Assembly: GCA_963668025.2 (NCBI GenBank)
Contig: CAXXTH010000009.1
Span: 64,001 to 128,000, forward strand
Reading direction: 5' to 3'
Origin: Candidatus Hydrogenedentota bacterium
Lineage (GTDB): Bacteria > Hydrogenedentota > Hydrogenedentia > Hydrogenedentales > SLHB01
DNA: 64,000 nucleotides
In this document: positions 59,189-64,000 of the stretch, one piece after another
Position numbering within the stretch: position 1 is the stretch's first letter
How the letters are laid out: the number at the start of each line of letters is the position of its first letter
Made by a program: the position numbers and the translations under genes
Notes under the pieces: model-generated
What the model was told of the DNA's origin: nothing
The model's input: only the letters and a program-made list of their open reading frames with translations
The model's database searches: none

Positions 59189-60901
59189 TTATGCCCCGAT
59201 GGTCATGAGCGCGTCGAGCATGGTATCGGCGACATTGATGACCCGTGCGGCGGCTTCATAGGCCCGCTGGTATTGAATGAGATAGGTGGTTTCTTCATCG
59301 AGTGAAACGCCGGAGTTTTCCTGCCTCTGCTCCTCATAATAGAGATTAAACTCTTCTTCGGTATCGAGCACTACCTGGTTGGATTGTGTGTCCACGCCGA
59401 GAAGGGCGATGGTGGATTCATAATAGCCGCTCAGTGTAGAAGAGCTATTTTCTAGAACGTTCAGATCTTGTATGGCTGCAAGCTCCAGGGCTGCGCTATT
59501 GTCGCCAGTGGCCAGTGTATCGAGGTCATAGGAGGAGCCTAGCAGTTGGGAGTTTTCCACGATGTCCGTATTCACTGCGATGGTATTCATGTCGTAGCCG
59601 GTAAACAAGCCATTGATGCCAAGCGCCACTAGGGCATTCGATGTGTCATTCGCAAAAGTGAATGAATACGTGGAATTTGTGACTCCTAGGGATAGGGTAT
59701 TGTCCCCATTTACCGTAGCTGTGAATTCGCCGGGTGCAATGGCGTTGAGTTCCGCTGCTAGATCATTCAGTGTATCGCCCGCGTCGACCGTGATGGTGAA
59801 CGGCGAGCCGGATATTTGGGTATCGCCATCGTAAATGGCCACCTGGAAGCTTCCTGCTTCCACATCAAAAGGCAAGCCGGCGGATTCCAGCGCGGAGGCT
59901 GCATCTGAAACCGCGTTGGTGCTTGATATGATGCCCGACAGGTTCTCAAGTCCATTGCTTTGGCTATTAATACTGTTGACTTGCTGGATAAGCTCCGACG
60001 CGATCTCATTCATACGGCCCATATAACTGGGGATCACTTCATCGCGAATTTCCAGTAAGCCCGCCAGCTCGCCATCTTCCACGGTGACATCTTTTCGATT
60101 GTCCGCGAAACGAACCGTTAGCAGATCCGAGCGTGTGGAATCGAGGGTGCTGTCCGTTTCCGCCACTAGTTCGTTTGCACCTGACAGATCCACGAGGCTA
60201 TCGGAGCCGATTCGCACCGTAACTTGCCCGTTCTCGAGTGTCGTATAATTGATATCGACCAGGCCCGCCAATTCATCTAGAGCGAGATCGCGTTGATCGC
60301 GCAAAGCATTGGCGGTGGTTCCGTTCAGTTCAGAATCCCGGATTTGGATGTTCAGATCGGCAAGTTGCTGTGACAAAGAGTTGATCTGGGTGACCATGCT
60401 TTTGATTTCTTCATTGGCGGAGGTGCGTAATTCATTAAGCTGGTCATATATGCTATTGAATGATTCGGCCAGTGCTTCGGCTTGCGCCACGGTGGCCTCC
60501 CGAACGGCTAAGTCTTCCACGTTATTGGAAAAGTCGCTCATGGAGTCAAAGAAATTGTTGATCTGCGTCCCGAAGCCTTCGTCCGTGGGTTCGAGAAAGG
60601 CGTTTTCGAGTTGATCATAATAGGTCGCCAGCGTATCGGCTTTGTTAAGGCCCGCTACTTGCTGGCGGTATACCTTGTCCAGGAATTCATCTCGAACGCG
60701 GCGGACTTCGCTAACCGTAACGCCGGTGCCCAATTGGCCAAAGGGGTATTTTATGGAAGCAGATTCGGACAAAGAAACCGTTTGGCGGGAGTAGCCTTCC
60801 GTATTGACGTTGGAAATGTTGTTCCCTGACACGCTGAGTTGCACTTGGGCGGCTTGCAGCCCAAGCCGGGCAATATCAAGGGTGCTGAATAACGTTCCCA
60901 A
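59189..60901 (-). CDS. flgK: flagellar hook-associated protein FlgK
   Basis: NNISNVNTEGYSRQ, LRDQRD, GEL.GL, SGVSLDEE...LIQYQRAY.AAARVI; TTG start after AAGGAG. Confidence 0.93.
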   Translation of the reverse strand: MGTLFSTLDIARLGLQAAQVQLSVSGNNISNVNTEGYSRQTVSLSESASIKYPFGQLGTGVTVSEVRRVRDEFLDKVYRQQVAGLNKADTLATYYDQLENAFLEPTDEGFGTQINNFFDSMSDFSNNVEDLAVREATVAQAEALAESFNSIYDQLNELRTSANEEIKSMVTQINSLSQQLADLNIQIRDSELNGTTANALRDQRDLALDELAGLVDINYTTLENGQVTVRIGSDSLVDLSGANELVAETDSTLDSTRSDLLTVRFADNRKDVTVEDGELAGLLEIRDEVIPSYMGRMNEIASELIQQVNSINSQSNGLENLSGIISSTNAVSDAASALESAGLPFDVEAGSFQVAIYDGDTQISGSPFTITVDAGDTLNDLAAELNAIAPGEFTATVNGDNTLSLGVTNSTYSFTFANDTSNALVALGINGLFTGYDMNTIAVNTDIVENSQLLGSSYDLDTLATGDNSAALELAAIQDLNVLENSSSTLSGYYESTIALLGVDTQSNQVVLDTEEEFNLYYEEQRQENSGVSLDEETTYLIQYQRAYEAAARVINVADTMLDALMTIGA

Positions 60902-60932
60902 CAGTGGTCTCCTTACATATCCCATAGCATCT

Positions 60933-60978
60933 ATGCAATCTATATTCCAACTATCGGCCAAATGCCTGGAGACCTTGA
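60933..60978 (-). promoter_or_regulatory. tandem putative sigma28 and sigma54 promoters of flgK
   Basis: TCAAG-N15-GCCGATAG directly followed by TTGGAATATAGATTGCAT (GG-N10-GC). Confidence 0.55.
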
Positions 60979-61091
60979 GGAAGGCACTAGAGTTGGACTT
61001 TCTCTGGGAGTGCAGGAGGTATGGCAACGAGGAAAGCGAGCATGGTAGGCAAAGATTGCCGGGTATCCGGCAGGAAACGCCATGGGGGCGG

Positions 61092-62387
61092 TCAGCCGTT
61101 GTGTGTGAGCCGCCTTGCCCGCGCATGGCGTAACAGGCCAAATTCGGCAATTAACGCTACCACCACGAGTAGGGGCGCAAGGCGAAACGCATCAGAAAAT
61201 CCCATGCGCTGCGCCAGGCAGCCGAAGAGCAGGCTTCCGATGAACACGCCCATGCCGACTGCGGCTTCGTTCATGGCGGCATTGCGGTGTTTATGAACAG
61301 CGTCAGACAAGCTGTAGTATGCCGCCGCGAAGAAGGAGACGCCGTGGTTGAATCCGAGTACGGCAAAACAAAACGCCATGACTATCAGGCTATGGGTGGT
61401 GCTGAGCAGCACAAACGACAAGCCTGCCGCAGCCTGCAAACCCATGAGTAAAGAAGCTTTATGACGCCATCCAGACGTCCGGCTCATCACCAGGAAACAC
61501 AGGCATACGACGAACGACAGCAGAAAGGCGAGCCAGGAATATTTTGTCGCGGGAGCTGCGGATAGCAGTTCTGAAGGGGCGGATTCGAACCAGAAACGCA
61601 GTTCTCCGCTGCGCACCAGGCTGTCGATGCGTGCGGGAAAGACAAACCGGGTCGCCGCCGTCAAGAGATTTGCCATGAGGGACGCACTCCAGCCGAGATA
61701 CAGAAAAGACTCGCTGGCGCGGTCATGGTCGCGGCGGGCCTCGAGCGTCTCGTTGGTGGCTTCACCGAAACAGCGCCGCTCGTGGGGCATGGACAACACC
61801 AGGAACAATGCAATGGTGATAGCTCCAAAAAGCAGGAAGAACGGCATGCGGAAATCGAAGTCATATAATGGTCCGGCAAACAGGGGCCCTATAGCGAAAC
61901 CTAGGCTCCATGATAGATTGAATAAACCCATATTATGGCTTCGGCGGTTTGGATCGGGCTCCGCCCCCACCCAAGAGTGGAGCGCTGGCCACACCAGGGC
62001 CATCGCACCCATGGAGCCCGTGGCGAGAATGCTGCAAATGACGGGATGGTGAAAAAACGGCAGGAGGCAAAAGAAGAGCGGATAGGCGATGAGCCCCGCC
62101 ACCGCCCATACAAGGCCGTTTTGGGTCCGCATGACATACCGCGCGGAAACCAAGCAGACCACCACGTAAGCTGCCGCCTGGACCGCGCCCATGACGCCAG
62201 ACATGGCTACGCCGCCGCCGATTTGGTTATACACAAAAAACGGCAGCACCACGGTTCCCACCATGCAGGCGAAATCCACCAGGAAAGCCGTAAGGTACAT
62301 TCTGTTCAAAGGACGCCACATAGAAGCGAGAGTGTAGGCGAGACCGTGCCAATAATCAAGAATGCGAATCCATGAATGCGAATCCAT
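61092..62387 (-). CDS. MFS transporter
   Basis: About 12 hydrophobic helices; G.FN..WS.G..IGP..AG motif. Confidence 0.85.
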   Translation of the reverse strand: MDSHSWIRILDYWHGLAYTLASMWRPLNRMYLTAFLVDFACMVGTVVLPFFVYNQIGGGVAMSGVMGAVQAAAYVVVCLVSARYVMRTQNGLVWAVAGLIAYPLFFCLLPFFHHPVICSILATGSMGAMALVWPALHSWVGAEPDPNRRSHNMGLFNLSWSLGFAIGPLFAGPLYDFDFRMPFFLLFGAITIALFLVLSMPHERRCFGEATNETLEARRDHDRASESFLYLGWSASLMANLLTAATRFVFPARIDSLVRSGELRFWFESAPSELLSAAPATKYSWLAFLLSFVVCLCFLVMSRTSGWRHKASLLMGLQAAAGLSFVLLSTTHSLIVMAFCFAVLGFNHGVSFFAAAYYSLSDAVHKHRNAAMNEAAVGMGVFIGSLLFGCLAQRMGFSDAFRLAPLLVVVALIAEFGLLRHARARRLTHNG

Positions 62388-62429
62388 GGTTATAACACCT
62401 AGTGTCCCTTGTGGCCAGGTGGCTTGGTT

Positions 62430-63281
62430 TTATGCCTGTTTTTTTGTTCCGTATTCCGACTTGGCGATAAACCAGTCATTGGGACAAACAACTTCGCGAG
62501 GGCCTCGCTGGATATTTTCCGCAAGCGCATCCAGATCTCTGATTACCACGTTTCTGTAGCCCAGGCCGGCAAGTGTGCGCTGGAGGTCTGCTGGGGTATC
62601 GGGATATGGAAACGGGCAGAACAACGGGTGGCCCAGCTTTTCCTCGATTCGCTGGTTCAGGCGGTTAATACGGTTGTTCGGCCAGTAATCAAAAATCACG
62701 GAGCTTCCCGCCGCCAGCTCGAGCGTCTTGGGGTCGAGCAGATGAGCGGTCGTCTCGGAAGCTAGGAAATATACGAGGCCTTCCATGAGCACCAGGACCG
62801 GCACGGATTTTTGAAATCCCATTGCGCATAATCGCCGCAGCAAATCTGGTTGCGCCAAGTCTGCTGGCACTTGCTTGATGTATGAGGGCGCCGCGACCCC
62901 GGCTTGGGATAATACGTGCTGTTTGCATGCAAGTTTGTCGGGGTAATCCACCTCGAATACCTCGACGGAGCCGCCGCCGAACTCTGGCATCGAGATGGAG
63001 CGGGTATCATATCCAGCGCCAAGGATGAGCAATTGGTGATACCGGGAAGCGGCTTCCCGGATTTGTTCAGTGAAATAACGATAGCGCACAAGGTTGAATG
63101 GCGCATAAGAAGGATCGACCGATTCCGCCAGCCCTGCCATGCGTTTGCCTGCATCCGTGACGAAGCAGGCAGCGTATGGATCCACAACGCCGAAAGGCCC
63201 TGCCAGTGCTTCGTTCGCGCGGAGGACTACCAAAGCATCAGCGGTTACTTGGATGCTCATCGGGTCACGCTGGCTGTTCAT
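62430..63281 (-). CDS. class I SAM-dependent methyltransferase (LCMT/TIGR00027-like)
   Basis: RA.E, DPYA, QLLILGAGYDTR, FEVD, EGLVYF; GGAGG RBS. Confidence 0.88.
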   Translation of the reverse strand: MNSQRDPMSIQVTADALVVLRANEALAGPFGVVDPYAACFVTDAGKRMAGLAESVDPSYAPFNLVRYRYFTEQIREAASRYHQLLILGAGYDTRSISMPEFGGGSVEVFEVDYPDKLACKQHVLSQAGVAAPSYIKQVPADLAQPDLLRRLCAMGFQKSVPVLVLMEGLVYFLASETTAHLLDPKTLELAAGSSVIFDYWPNNRINRLNQRIEEKLGHPLFCPFPYPDTPADLQRTLAGLGYRNVVIRDLDALAENIQRGPREVVCPNDWFIAKSEYGTKKQA

Positions 63282-63602
63282 TTCCATTCCTCCAAGTATG
63301 TAAAACGCGTATCTGTTGCCAAGACGCGCCGGGAGTTTGACATTCACGCGAGCTCATCGCGGGAACTCCGGAGTGTGAGCTTCCAAAGCACACGGATAGG
63401 AGTCTCGGGATGGGCGAAATGAAGTCTAAGCCATACAAAGCGGGAGCGCAAGTTGCATGCAGTGTCTCGTGTTCAAAGTGTTTGGGCATATCAAGGGGAA
63501 ATGTGTTTTTGGGCCGAATGGTGGTATGGGTTCATGCAGAATATATAACAATATAGTATCTACGGTGCAGGGCAATTTTTAAGCCTCAACAGTTTCTGTG
63601 TA

Positions 63603-64000
63603 TCAAAAGGAAATCGACGAAAAGATCAGTTCATCGCCATACAATGAGCTGCTGTCTTTCCGATATTGTGATGGGGTCATGTGGAAAAAGGCCTTGAATT
63701 CACGGCTAAAATGATATTGATTGCAAAAACCGACTCGTTCGGCAATCTGGGCGAGCGGTGAGTCATTGAGCACCAAGAGTTTGCAGGCTTCAGATAGGCG
63801 GACTTGTTTCACGTAATCCATGGGCGTGCAGCCCATGTGCTGGTGGAAAAAGACATGGAAGCGCGATGAGGACATGTGAGCTAGTTGAGCAAGTTGTGAT
63901 ACGGATAAAGGTTCTGCAAAATAATCCCGTATATAGGAGAAAACCGATGTCAGACGCCCCGAGTGTTGCAGGATGGTGAGGCTTTTGGGGCGCAGAGGGG
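63603..64000 (-). CDS. AraC-family transcriptional regulator (C-terminal part; start lies outside the window)
   Basis: LAQLAHMSSSRF; IAERVGF.NQYHFSREFK....TPSQYR. Confidence 0.9.
   Translation of the reverse strand, partial: PLRPKSLTILQHSGRLTSVFSYIRDYFAEPLSVSQLAQLAHMSSSRFHVFFHQHMGCTPMDYVKQVRLSEACKLLVLNDSPLAQIAERVGFCNQYHFSREFKAFFHMTPSQYRKDSSSLYGDELIFSSISF

Noticed and set aside
60902-61150. N-terminal extension of FlgK in the ORF track
   Set aside because: It overlaps the MFS gene end and the promoter motifs; FlgK similarity and the RBS point to TTG at 60901.

Overview
GC-rich bacterial chromosomal window. The gene content suggests an anaerobe or facultative anaerobe, possibly Hydrogenedentota/PVC-like, but that is inference only. 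Housekeeping genes include an M16 peptidase, a cold-shock protein, PBP1A, miaB-pepA-mtaB-larE, pntAB, aroA, an isolated sdhB, tRNA-Ser(TGA) and an isolated flgK. Accessory loci are (1) a carbohydrate cluster (ceramidase-like hydrolase, SGNH esterase, GH38, a secreted unknown, a solute-binding/permease fusion and a permease) converging on an uncharacterised glycyl-radical enzyme and its activase, (2) a Ni/Co ECF transporter and (3) a PAS-PP2C-kinase/STAS partner-switching pair. The mobile layer is dense: an IS701-like element with a probable A9 -1 frameshift fusion, a 698-bp MITE (9-bp TSD) holding a nested 175-bp MITE and a REP-like palindrome, and a second, truncated MITE copy followed by a pile-up of IS1182, IS4 and ISAs1(::IS4). 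There are also dispersed REP-like repeat families. The most intriguing unannotated item is a 50-aa hydrophobic, anionic, two-Cys small ORF (58900-59052) with its own near-consensus promoter, strong RBS and terminator. Several small indels (gntP, serine hydrolase, transposase, aroA) may be assembly errors. All calls come from reading motifs by eye; no database search was run.
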